From Octopus sinensis (taxonomy: Eukaryota): 64,000 nucleotides of DNA. The first letter of the stretch is position 1; every line of letters begins with the position of its first letter. The position numbers and the translations under genes are program-made. The notes below the pieces were generated by a model, which was not told the DNA's origin, ran no database searches, and saw only the letters and a program-made list of their open reading frames with translations. The stretch is from positions 83,700,001 through 83,764,000 of the forward strand of contig NC_043002.1 in the NCBI RefSeq assembly GCF_006345805.1, read 5' to 3'. Shown piece after piece: positions 27,099 to 39,559 of this stretch.

Positions 27099-27989
27099 TA
27101 CTGTGAATGTATATTTAAAAAATATAAAAATATATTCATCCTCCGTCTGTCATCGACGATGAGTATTCCCAATTTCTGATCATTGGAACTACTTATTTAT
27201 GTTTTAGTATGGACGTAATCGAGAGACCTCACAGAGGTTATATGTAATTAGCTTCGCTGGGAAGCTATACAAATGAGCTGGGCCAAGCTTAGTTTTATTT
27301 ATATTTTCAATAAATCGCCATCAGCTACGTCATCTAGACATTTTGGAAGGGCCAAGTAGATATTTTTATGAATCTTTAGTAACACTGAAACTAATCGGTT
27401 GGAACCCTATCCCAAGCCGCCGAAAAGGACCACTGGTTCTAGCTATAAGACGGACGATTTATAAATCAGTAAAGAATTATTATTGAATTAGAGAAGGATT
27501 TATGAATTAATTTAAATGGTATGTAGGCGGAAGGTTACTGCTGTTGTTGTTTAGCATCAGGTCAATCTTAATAGAATAGATTTGGAATCAAAGGCATTCT
27601 AGCCTTGATTATCTTCTCTTTTTTTTTTGTCAGCCATACTGTATTCAGTACTACAATATCAATCTTATTTCTTTTTAAAGCCTGTATCGTTTGACTTAAA
27701 GAAAATTTAGATGTTATTTCTTGCACGTCGAACCACTGCACAGAATACTGTATCAAATATAGGTTTTAGCTAACAGAAATACTTCGACGAGACTTAGTTA
27801 ATATTACTAAGGATTTAGAGGCAGAAATTAATTGGGTTGGTGAAAAGATAGTGTACAAGTTAGCAAAGATATGTTCAAAAGATAACATAACTGAAGGCGT
27901 TGTTTCTACTGTTGTAAGCTAGAAGAGAAGCGACGCCCATGATCTATGGAAGTCATTTGACACCGGCGAGATTACTGCAGCTGATGTTT

Positions 27990-28230
27990 AGCTTGAATAG
28001 ATCAACGACAGTTGGAAAGATGTGGATGTAGGGGTAATTCCATGGGGCTGACGTTCCGGAAAGGAAAGACTGGAATAAAACACTTTGTCTGGGGTTTAGC
28101 GAGTGTGAGGCATAGTTGGAGTGACGTGAGGAGAAGGAATGGGTGAGCTAGGAATGAGCTGGCATGTAATTAATTAAAGGAGCAAAGGCCGTTGTAGTAG
28201 GGATAAGAGAGATAGGGAGAAGGAGGAGGA
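27990..28230 (-). mobile_element. Decayed CR1/L2-group LINE 3' fragment
   Basis: Minus-strand SYPYYNGLCS...QSFLSGTSAPWN resembles the YRYYHG.CS...SF.PRT..LWN tail of CR1-group ORF2. Confidence 0.4.
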
Positions 28231-29083
28231 GACAGTGATTCAATTGTCTAGAGTTTACAAGGTACTAATGAGTGAGTATTTGCCAATCAGTTGAATGATT
28301 TTCTCTTTTTTGCTTGTTTATTTGACGACCAGGGAGAGAAGAGCAAGCTGGTTTGAGGAACCTGGGAAGGAAGGGAGTAATTAGACGGCGAGCCTGGCGC
28401 CAGGTTATTCTAACATAGTGAACTCCACTAAAGGTACCCAAGGCCCAAGTGTTAAATCGAGTGGCAACCATCAAGAACTCAGAACAAATACCACAAGGCA
28501 TTTTGTCCGATGCTCTAATTGGGGCTTCATTTTATCGACGTCGAAAGAATGAAAGGCGAAATTAAATTCGAGGAAAATTGAACTCAGATCGCAGACAGCC
28601 TGAACAAATATTCTTACCATCACCTGCCTCAACAGAAAAGTAGGAATAGTATCGACTCCATTGACGAGAACACCCCAAAGAAAAGTGACCATAATTTGCA
28701 TAAACTTTGCTCATGTTCTCAAAACTTAAATCTATAATATAAAATTCAAATATGCCATAGATTAGAAATGTCATGACATTTCTCAATTATATAAAAACAA
28801 AATTAAGTTGAAATCACTGTGTAACAAATGTAAAACAAATACACAACACTACTGTAAACGACAGTAACTCTTTCGCAAAAGACACGTAGCTACTTTCATA
28901 GAGTATTCTGAATATATGAAATCGTCTTTGTCAAAGATACTTTACAGAGCATCTGCTTATTGTAGCCGGATATGTCGTCACAATTACCAACATAACAGTA
29001 TATTTTCAGTACACTCGTTAAATTTCACAATAAAAAAGATAAGCATTATTTCTTAATCTAAAATCAAAATTAACATATATATA

Positions 29084-30380
29084 CGAGGGACGTTCAATAA
29101 GTAATGCCTCTGACCCACTTGCAGTTGTTTGATCTAGCTGAAATTTTGCATGTGCAATCATTTATATCTCTATAGAGTACGTGGCAAATTACAGCTCTGA
29201 ATTAATTGTGGTTTCTGATTTACAGGTGTTTGAACCGAGTCAAGTGTGAAATGGAGCCTGTTGAGTGTCGAGCAGTGATCCGGTTTTTGTATTTGAAAGG
29301 ACGCACACCACGGGAGACTTTTGATGAAATGAAAGTAACTTATGGTGATGATGCCCCATCATATGACCTTGTAAAACGCTGGCATCGTGAATTCAAACAT
29401 GGTCGTAACTCTGTGGAAACAGCTCCCAGATCTGGTCGCCCCTTCTGCCATTGATGAGGCATCTGTCCGTCAAGTTGAGGCTGCCATTTTGGAAGATCGA
29501 CGCATAATTATTCGCCAAATAGCCCATGAGGTCAAGATTAGTACCGGGTCTGTGGAAACTATCATTCATGACCATTTGCATATGCAAAAGGTGTCAAGGT
29601 GTCTGCCAGATGGATTCCCAGGTTGCTCACGCCTTTCCAGAAGCAAGAACGCGTCGAGTGCTCGAGGGTGAATTTGGAGATGTGCCAAGAAGATGAGTCA
29701 AAATTTTTCAAAAGACTGATTATACAGGATGAAACCTGGGTCCATCACGATGATCCAGAGACCAAAGCCCAGTCAATGCAGTGGAAGCACCGTAACTCAC
29801 CCCCTCCAAAGAAGGAAAGGGTGCAGCCCTCCGCTAGCAAGGTCATGCTCACAGTCTTCTGGGACCAGGATGGAGAAGTGATGACAGATTTCCTGGCAAA
29901 GGGTACCACAATTGCAGGAGCTTATTATGCTTCACTTTTGAGGAAATTAAGAGAAGTTATCAAAATCAAGAGGCGGGGCAAGATCAGCAAAGCATCCTCC
30001 TCCTGCAGGACAACGCTCCGGTCCACAACTCGCTTGTCGCCAGATCAGAAGCACAGGCGTATGGCTATGAACTCCTCCCCCATCCCCCTACTTTCCTGAC
30101 CTTGCACCCTCTGATTTTCACCTCTTCCCAGTCATGAAGTTGTTTTTGAAAGGAAAGCGTTTCCCAGATGATGCAGCCTTGATTTCTGAAGTCACGTTCA
30201 GGTTGGAGGACCAAGCTGGGGTCTTCTACAAAAACGGTCTCCAAAGCTGCATCAAACAATGGGAGAAATGCGTAACTCTGGGTGGTTCCTATGTAGAAAA
30301 AGACTAATAACTGTGCCAAGTTTCGTTGCTTTACTGCTATGGGAAGTGGGTCAGGGTCATTACTTATTGAACGCCCCTCG
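29084..30380 (+). mobile_element. Near full-length mariner (DD34D) transposon, 1297 bp
   Basis: TA|CGAGGGACGTTCAATAAGTAATG ... CATTACTTATTGAACGCCCCTCG|TA; inserted in (TA)n. Confidence 0.97.
29251..30307 (+). pseudogene. Frameshifted mariner transposase
   Basis: MEPVECRAVIRFL HTH, WIPRLL, DETWVHH, QDNAPVH, HPPYFPDLAPSDFHLF; frameshifts near 29440, 29595 (AAGGTGTC duplicated) and 29990. Confidence 0.95.
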
Positions 30381-30534
30381 TATATATAATCAAAATAAGC
30401 AACAAGAATATCTTCGGTAATTTGGTACGATCGTTTCACGCTACATCATTTTATTAAACATTGTAAGTATTACAACAGTTTTAAAATGTTGAGCAATCAT
30501 CAGCCGTTTATAGAGGTTTTCCATAAAAACATAT

Positions 30535-30589
30535 AATTATTTTCATGTTAATTAATAATTAATAATTATTAATTAACATGAAAATAATT
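30535..30589. repeat. Perfect AT-rich palindrome, 26-bp arms with 3-nt spacer
   Basis: AATTATTTTCATGTTAATTAATAATT-AAT-AATTATTAATTAACATGAAAATAATT. Confidence 0.95.
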
Positions 30590-31454
30590 TTCTTGCTCCA
30601 TCAACACCATGTGTGGTGGTCTCTTTCTGGATATAGACCGGCTGGAGTCGGACCAGAATCTCTGAGCCTACCGGGTGTAACACTGTCACCATCACTGGCT
30701 TCAGTTTCATTACCACCGTGATTCACAATATTTTGTTTTTTCATTGTCACTCATATGAGGTAGCGATTATCAGGTTGCACAATTACCAGTGTTTTTATTG
30801 TGACACCCTCACTAGATGTATCATTAATCAGCCCATGGGGAGATCCCACTCGTTTCCTTTCATTATTATTATTATTATTATTATCATCACTGTTATCACT
30901 GATATTATTGTTTTTATGTGTAGTAGCAGCAATGGTTGCAGCAACAGCAACAGTAGCAGGGGTGGGGTTGTAGTAAGGGTGGTAGTTGGGCCTCAGATTC
31001 CTGTATTATCATAATAGTAGTAGTTGTAGTAGTATTGTAGTATGAGTAGTATTTAGTATTAGCAACTGCAGCGTATTATTATTTTTTTTATCATTATTAC
31101 CATCACCATCACTACCATTGTCATCATTATTACTATTTCAATTTATTATTAAAGGATTTTACAAAATGTTCAGTATTTTCAACTAAATGTTTTGTATGCG
31201 GTTTCTGAAAGAAATAGTTGGGTAGCAGTTTGGTGAGTATATCATATTCTACAGGTCCATAAATAGATTCAGCAGATGATGGGGAAGTCAGCCATAGAGA
31301 CAAAAGAATCTTCGCACCCTTTAGGTCAGCGGAGGTCAAATATGTTTACTACTACCAGTGGCCACTGAGAGCGCTGCCTTGAAAAGAAGCAATTCAACAT
31401 GCTCTATTTGTAATTACTGGTAGAAAAAACAATAATATATACATATGCATACAC

Positions 31455-31491
<37 letters not shown>

Positions 31492-31496
31492 TAGAC

Positions 31497-31613
<117 letters not shown>

Positions 31614-31649
31614 TACACTCACACATATATACTGATATTCACGTCGCTG

Positions 31650-32830
31650 AATTTTTGAATTTCTGAATTCAATTGTGTTGTTGCAATAAAAGGTGTGTTT
31701 ATGTATTTGGGCAATATATTAAAGTTTTGAATTTTTCTTGAGATGTTCGTTTGTCCATCTAGTTGGAGAATACAGTAGGACTTTTGCAATGAAAAGGATG
31801 TTTACATTTTCGAATACTCAGGGAGAGTCAAAAAGGAAAGAAAACAATTTGTAGATAGTAAAGTTTTAAGATTTACTAAATATGGTCTTTTGTATGACCG
31901 TACAGAGAGAAATGGTAGTGTTCTTAAAATAAAAAGGAGGATGATGTTTACGTTTTCAAATACCCAGGGAGAGAGGAAAGGATAGGTATTCACACAGTAG
32001 TTGTAGATATTAAAGGGTTTTTTTTCAAAGCTGATCGTTTGTGTGTTCGTAAGCTGTAGGTATGTAAGTTTCCTAACTTATTTTATTTTGAAGGAGATTT
32101 AAAATATTCCCAGGAAATTGTAGATATTCCAATCTTTGGGAATAGTAAGAGGAAGAGATGTTCACCTTGTTGGATTTTTGAATTTCTGAATTTCTTTTTC
32201 TTTGGGGATTTTTCCTTTCTTTTTAAAACGTTTGCTGTGGTTTACAGCTTTTGTAGTTGCGCAGTATGTATATATTGGAAGGTGCTTACTTCCTTAATTT
32301 TTTATCGTGCATTTAATTGTGTAGTTACAATAAAAGGCATGTTTACATATTCTGTTAGTCAGGGAAGAAAACAAAAAAAAAATGTTCACACAAAATTGGA
32401 GATATTAAAGTTTCTAAATTTTTTGAGGTGTTCATTTGTATGTCCGTTCAGAGAAAACTGTGATGTTTTTTTTTACAATAAAAAGGATGTTTACATTTTC
32501 GAATATTCAGGGAAAAAGGAACGGAAAGAAAAAGAAGGTAAAATTTTTTTACAGAAAATTGTAGATATGAAGTTTTTAAAATTTACTGGAGATGATCTTT
32601 TGTCTGTCCGAACAGAGAAAACTGTAATGTTCTTGGAATAAAGAGAGTATTTGCATTTTCGAATACTCGGGGGAAAGGAAATGATAGGTATTCACAGAAG
32701 GTGTAGATACTAAAGGTTTTAAAGATGATTGTTCATGTGTTCGAAAGCTGTAGATATGTAAGTTCCTTAACTTATTTTTAGGGAAATTCAAAAAACTCAC
32801 AGGAAACTGTAGATATTCCAGTCTTTTAGA
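31650..32830. repeat. Degenerate higher-order tandem repeat: two blocks of about 640 bp built from about 130-bp subunits
   Basis: GATGTTTACATTTTCGAATA(C/T)TCAGGGA...GTAGAT...AAAG recurs at about 31797, 31943, 32486 and 32650; block ends TGTAGATATTCCA at about 32120 and 32808. Confidence 0.7.
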
Positions 32831-32936
32831 GTTATTTTTCAGTTGTCCTGCTGGGTTGTATTAGTGTTTCTATGTCTTCAGCTGCTGACAGGTCAGAGCA
32901 GCGAACAACACGTCCAGCCGCTGTCACTATTATTAT

Positions 32937-32990
<54 letters not shown>

Positions 32991-33067
32991 CATTATCATC
33001 ATCATCAACATCATCATCATCAGCATCCTCATCATCATCATCAGCATCATCATCATCAGCAGCAGCA

Positions 33068-33104
<37 letters not shown>

Positions 33105-33105
<1 letters not shown>

Positions 33106-33637
33106 GAGTGAGAGAGCAGTGCATGCCATCAACGTGATACAGGTGTACAAATATACGAAGCCCAATATACCAATCATGACTACCTGTCTGACAAGGGTTC
33201 ACCAGGTACATGGAGCACAACCATATGTACGCGACATGGTGATCTCATACAATTGGATGGGGCCCAGTTAGAATTTTCTTCATGTTGAATAGCCTATCCT
33301 ACTCAAATGGTCCCTGAATAATGTTTGTTTAAGGATGATGAACAAAACACCCATATTTAAAGAGGTGAATTATTCAAACCCCAAAGAATTCCTCTCAACA
33401 CATGGCTATGATGCTCTCCCACTACTTATGCTCGTGATCAGAGATGCACATATCGTCAGCCACTAAGGGACATGCTCAATTGTTAAGATCAAGCAACTGA
33501 CAAGCAAATCTGAGGTATTGAGCAGAATATTTGCTGTAGCCCATCTTTTATACCAAGACAGAACAATGTACATGATAACACTTCCAATCAGTTAAGATCA
33601 AAAACGTTGAGAGTCACTGCTTGGTACTGCATCAGGG

Positions 33638-33640
<3 letters not shown>
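33105..33640 (-). mobile_element. About 535-bp interspersed element inserted in an (ATT)n array
   Basis: Complex sequence with sharp boundaries to (ATT)n on both sides; weak MIGILGFV similarity to the RLE-LINE C-terminus. Confidence 0.45.
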
Positions 33641-33704
<64 letters not shown>

Positions 33705-33830
33705 CTTCTTCTTTCAAATTTGCTTCCATTTCTTGCCGAGTGTCTTCCCGACTCCTAGGGCAAAGAAACTCACAGTATACATTGGTAGGCCATTAAACTA
33801 AACTCAATAGTTCGTTCATTTTTTTTTATC

Positions 33831-33934
<104 letters not shown>

Positions 33935-34347
33935 TATTATTATCATTCATAATCTAATATAATTAATAGAATATATACATTCGTTAAATTTACACAAATG
34001 TTAATTCTATTATATTTCTTCTTTCAGATTGCTGGAGTGAGAATACCTGAAAAAAGAAATAATATATGTCCAAGGCCTTATACATTTAATCAAAACGCAG
34101 ACCTGTCTCACTTGTAAGAAGAAAAAGTCGGAGGATTTTATTTTGTTGCTGTTTTTGCTATTTGTAAATTTCACTTCAATTACTGGACCATTATGTGAGA
34201 AATCAAAACCTTAACATACTTATTTTTCTTCCAACCTGAATCTCGAAGAAATACTCATATATAATTACAATCACTAAATATCAACGATACTTTGATAAAT
34301 AAAAAAAATATCACATATTTTCTAATATAAAATTTAAAAAATAAAAC

Positions 34348-34665
34348 ATGGAAACGATTAGAAATTACTTCAAAAAGAAACCAAAAGATCCAAATGGTAT
34401 TGACGGCAAATATACCATTCCTGAAGAGCTTAGGAGACAATTTTCAGACTATAACACAGATTCTACGGAAACGCATCGTGTACGAACAATTTCAATTTCT
34501 AGGTCCGGTAGATTCAAACCAAAACGAGATCGCGGTGCCATTTCACAGAGACCGGATATATTCCAACAGCCAACCAGCGAAAAGAAAGAGGAAGTGGCAT
34601 CCAGAGAAGAAAGGAAACATGATAGCCCTCGAACAACTCGGTCATCGAATAATAACTACCGGTAA
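34348..34665 (+). CDS. Small basic protein (105 aa) with PRR15/PRR15L(ATAD4)-like SISRSGRFK motif
   Basis: Non-repetitive ORF with coding-like composition in AT-rich flanks; AAAC-ATG-G start context; splice acceptor TTTCTTCTTTCAG ending at 34027; AATAAA at 34810-34815. Confidence 0.7.
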   Translation: METIRNYFKKKPKDPNGIDGKYTIPEELRRQFSDYNTDSTETHRVRTISISRSGRFKPKRDRGAISQRPDIFQQPTSEKKEEVASREERKHDSPRTTRSSNNNYR

Positions 34666-35788
34666 CAAACTATCGCTAAAATAAGCTGGTTATCCGTTTA
34701 AGCTATAACTTTCTGGACTCGAGAAGCCATGTAATACGGCGTTTACAAATTCGCGCCGTATTGCAAAAAAAAATGTATATCTAACAGAGAAAAAAAATTG
34801 AAAATGAAAAATAAAGAGTTACATCCAAGAATACATCGTATATGGACAAATGTATATACATTTGTGAGCACAGCGATTATCACTAAATTCTTTGAAGACG
34901 CTTTTATAACAAATTGTTCTTGGATGTGCGGGAGGGATAAGAAAAAAGTACCAGACATAAACTGGAATAGATTCAAAACGTTCAGTCGGTCACACTCTTC
35001 CTCTACATATTCGTCGGCTTTGCACCAATGTAAAAAAAAAAAAGTCGAAGTGTTTTAAAATTTAGTATTGTTTTAATTCAACAGCATTTTAGTAAATGAC
35101 ATTGTTAAAATAAGATTTAAACATGTAATTATAAATATGCATGATTCATGCATATAATGTATGTATAACTTGTGTGCGGATATATATGTGTGTGTGTGTG
35201 TGTGTGTGTTTGTGTGTGTGCGTGTGTACGATAGCCCTTCCAAGACACGTCATGTTTGTTTCTCTTTAGAGTTGGTACGGACCACACGAATTCGTTCTCG
35301 CACGAATTCTGAAGAGCAAGAGACACGACTGGTCTTACAAAAGACATCATCATTATAAATATCCTTACTTTATGTCTTGAATACTTTGCCTCAAATTGCG
35401 GTTTCTTCATTGTTTTAAACGTAATTATGCAACTATGTGTATGTGCATGAGTATATGTGTGTGTACGTGCGTGCGTGCGTGCGTGCGTGTGTGCGTGTGA
35501 GAGAGAAAGTAGGGAGCGCAGTTTGATTGTTTTAGGAGATTGTTTTACAGCCAAAAGATTCTGGTATCGATTCCACTGTGTGCCATCTTGGGTAAATGTC
35601 ATTTTCTGTAGCCATTGTAAATGGAACTGGACAGCATGAAAACTACATAAAAGCTCGTGACAGATCGTACCTATAGGACAAAATGCATGACCTTACTGCA
35701 CATCGTGTCCCGCTGATTCTAGCTACGTTAAGGGTATAGGTGCAGGCAATTCACTTGATCGAACTGAGTCCTCATCGGCGAACTAAGT

Positions 35789-35820
<32 letters not shown>

Positions 35821-36067
35821 AGAAAGAAGAAAACAAAGGACCACTGATGCGGTCACAGGAGTGTGACGAAAGAACTCTGGCCGAAATAAGATTAAGATTA
35901 ATATAAAAAATAAATAACACTGAAGCAAAATAACACCAAATATATAGTGCGTGTGTTTTTATTGGGTAAACTGGCAAAATGACCATTCCGAAATATACAA
36001 TATCTGTTTCAACACACGACTTCACATAAAAAATCTTGCACAACAAATATATACACCACACACACAC

Positions 36068-36127
<60 letters not shown>

Positions 36128-36593
36128 TATATTATGTGTGTGAGTGTATGTGTGCTTATATACGTTGAGAACGAAATACGTGTGTGTATGCAGGTATTAC
36201 TCAGGCAAAGATATATCAATATATAAGATATATGAATACATTTATAAAGACATATAGATATATTTATGTATATTGTGGGATATGTAGATATGTAGACACA
36301 TATAGACATACAAAAGTTGCACAGGTTGCAGACTATGATTAGTTTCCGTGTCTCATTTTTTTCTACTTGAAGCCTTCCCAAATTCATATTCTTCTCGCAC
36401 TTATATGGAGTTGATACAATGTACACCAGTAATATTTTAGGGTGCGTTCAGCCTTCTTTAACCATGAAATTTGTTAAATTTGGTATTACAAAGATATCAG
36501 TATTTGTTAGTCTCTTGGGGAGGGAGTTTCTAGGGTCGTTTTAGACCCTCTCTGGTTGGGGACACGCAATGACGAGGTAAGATTGTGTTGCAC

Positions 36594-36669
<76 letters not shown>

Positions 36670-36906
36670 GTGTGTGGTGTGTCTGTGTGTGTGTGTGTGT
36701 ATACAAACATATATATACATATATATTATATATGTATGCATATATATATATATATGTATATATATATATGTTTGTATCATATATCTATATATATATAATG
36801 TAATGTATGTATATTGATTCAAAGAATCAAATAGAGCTCAGCTGTCAACAATTAATGAACATCTATTCTCTCACTTCAATTGTTTTATCTGATCAAGTTA
36901 TGTATG

Positions 36907-36953
<47 letters not shown>

Positions 36954-36960
36954 GTGTGTT

Positions 36961-37000
<40 letters not shown>

Positions 37001-37026
37001 CGTGTTTATGTGTATATAAATATAAA

Positions 37027-37079
<53 letters not shown>

Positions 37080-37159
37080 TCAAGATTAAATAAAAAGACA
37101 GCGGAAAATATGACATACCTGTATATTATATATATATAATTAAAAAAGCGTGTAGAAAA

Positions 37160-37518
37160 AAACATACAAACATATACTAAACACACAGACTAACGGAAAA
37201 GACAGGTCACCAACTCCTCTTCAGTTATCGACCAGAGGGTCAAGCGTAATTTTGCCCACTATCACGTGATTCTCAATGGCCTAAAGTGGTGTCATACTTT
37301 TTCGTATTGCCTTCGACCGAAATGGTCACGATTTTCTGAGCTCCTCGGTTTACTCCTTCCGTGTTTATAGCCCTCTAGGGCAGTTTTTCCAGAGTGGAAT
37401 CAGTATTATCGATAATGGCCGAAATTGCGCTTGACCCTCTGGCCCATAACTGAAGCGGAGTTGCTGACCTTCTGTGTTTTCCGTTCGTCTGTGTATTTAG
37501 TATATGTTCGTATGTTTA
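37160..37518. repeat. Fold-back element with about 105-bp inverted arms, embedded in (TA)n
   Basis: 37160-37263 pairs with 37408-37518 (CAGAGGGTCAAGCG / CGCTTGACCCTCTG etc.). Confidence 0.85.
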
Positions 37519-37579
37519 TTTTCTAAACTTTTTAAAAATTATATATAATGTATATGTGCATATATATATATATATATAT

Positions 37580-37621
<42 letters not shown>

Positions 37622-38179
37622 TATATGAAAATATTATTTATGTAACGCACGCACTCATTAATTTTTTTACCTATATATATATACTTACAGAAGTTATGCA
37701 TACATACATGCATGCGTGCATACATAAATACATACGTATATGCATGCATGCATACATATGTGTGTATATGTTTATATAAAGTGAACGTGTATATATTACT
37801 GTACATCTCTCTATGTATACATTTATGTTTGTTTTTGTTTTTTTTATTTTTGTATGCCTCCTTTTATTTTGATATTAATAAATATGGACCCGGTTTCCAA
37901 CTAAGAGACTACGCTTCCGCATTAAATTTCTGTTGTTGTTGTCTACAATTGTGTAATAAACTACAAAAAAGTACTTTGCGTAAATTTTGCTCCATGTACG
38001 GAATTCATTTTCAAACCGAGATTTTATTTCTTTTTGTCCCCTACCCCCGGTTACTACGAATTATATATTTTCAGTGTTTGCTATTTACCAATGCGAAAGG
38101 ATTGTTTACTTTACTCTCAAGCTCATGAATGATTTTATGTGTAAATTATGTACACATACGCATATATATATATCTATAT

Positions 38180-38224
<45 letters not shown>

Positions 38225-38228
38225 TTAA

Positions 38229-38415
38229 TCCAACATGAAAACACAGAGAGAAACACAACAATGCGAGGACGTGGAACAAGTATGCTGTTAATGGGAAAGG
38301 AAAGAAAGAAGGAGGATTTAACGTTTCGAGCAGAGCTCTTCGTCAGAAACATAGGAAAAAGAAATATCCAAGAAAGGGATGACGGAGGGGAAAAAAATCG
38401 CCAACGATACACACA
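38229..38415 (-). mobile_element. Hammerhead-bearing non-coding element, family of 18481-18680
   Basis: Shared ATCGTTGGCGATTTT and CCACGTCCTCGC blocks; abuts (TA)n. Confidence 0.7.
38316..38350 (-). ncRNA. Minimal type I hammerhead ribozyme, canonical C3-G8 core
   Basis: Minus strand GTTT-CTGACGA-A-GAGC(TCT)GCTC-GAAAC-GTT-AAAT; palindromic helix III AACGTT. Confidence 0.7.
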
Positions 38416-38552
38416 CGGTCACATATTGAATGACCGGAAGGGAATGGGTGAAGAAAAAGTTCTTTCAAGGACAGGAGAGTGCAAGAGAAGGAGGTATGTG
38501 TGGGTATGTGTGTGCGTGCAGGTCTATGTGTGTGCGTGTATGTGTGTGTGTG

Positions 38553-38587
<35 letters not shown>

Positions 38588-39559
38588 GATAGCACGTGTG
38601 TCTGTCATTACCTAATAATTCGATAACTTGAACCTAAAATTTGCAGCAAGTAGTCTTTTAATTTATGTATTAGTCAAACATAATAAAGGAAACTTCCAAA
38701 CATTTATTAAATCTAATTAATTGATATTATATATAGAAAACAGTTCAAATCACTAATCGTTTATTCTAAGAAATCTGCCCAATAATTTGAGCAAACAAAA
38801 TAATCTGGTAAAATGAAATATTTAAAAAAGTAGCGAGCATTTACAACAATGCACGGGCATGTAAAGATTTCAAAGAAACTAAATAAAACTGATTCATACA
38901 AGAGAGTAATGGAGGGGGAGCAGAACGATAATGTGGCATAATCCTCCATTTTGATAAATGTATGTACACCGATACGTAAACAGCTCTCCAACAGTTAAGA
39001 ATACAGTTTTTCTCCTGGCTATAATTATAAAAATATCCTTAATATCAATTCATTTAAATTTAACTTCTCTATCCTAACAGCCTTCAACAACACTGTTACA
39101 CATTTGGAAAGAGGGAGTAAAAGTAAAGATAGAAATAAGACCGAATTCTACAAAAAGAGTCGAAGAATTAGAGTTGTAACGTGATAAAATACGTAATCTG
39201 AAAAGAGAAAGACATATCTATACTGAGAAATTTGGAGAAGAGAAAAAGTAATATAGAGGTGGATTCGATAAATAGAGAGATAATTGGGAGAATTAAATAG
39301 TGTAAGAAAGAAAGAAAGAAAGAAAGAAAGAAAAGAAAGAAAGTCAACCATTAACTAACGCAGACAGTCAGGTGAGTAGATAGGGAAATATATGGATAGT
39401 GGGAGACAGAAATATATGGATCTGGGAGACAGAAACGTAGAATCAAGAAAGGTAGAGCCCTACAAAAGAAAAGCGTAATTTGTGGGGTGTGATGCTAGAA
39501 AATAAGACAAGTATATTGACCTTTTTCTTTCCTTTAAAAATCGGCACGAACTTTCCGGA

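Noticed and set aside
32843-33271. ORF with an apparent signal peptide (MSCWVVLVFLCLQLLTG)
   Set aside because: Starts at a non-ATG codon and runs directly into (ATT)n/(ATC)n and a repeat element
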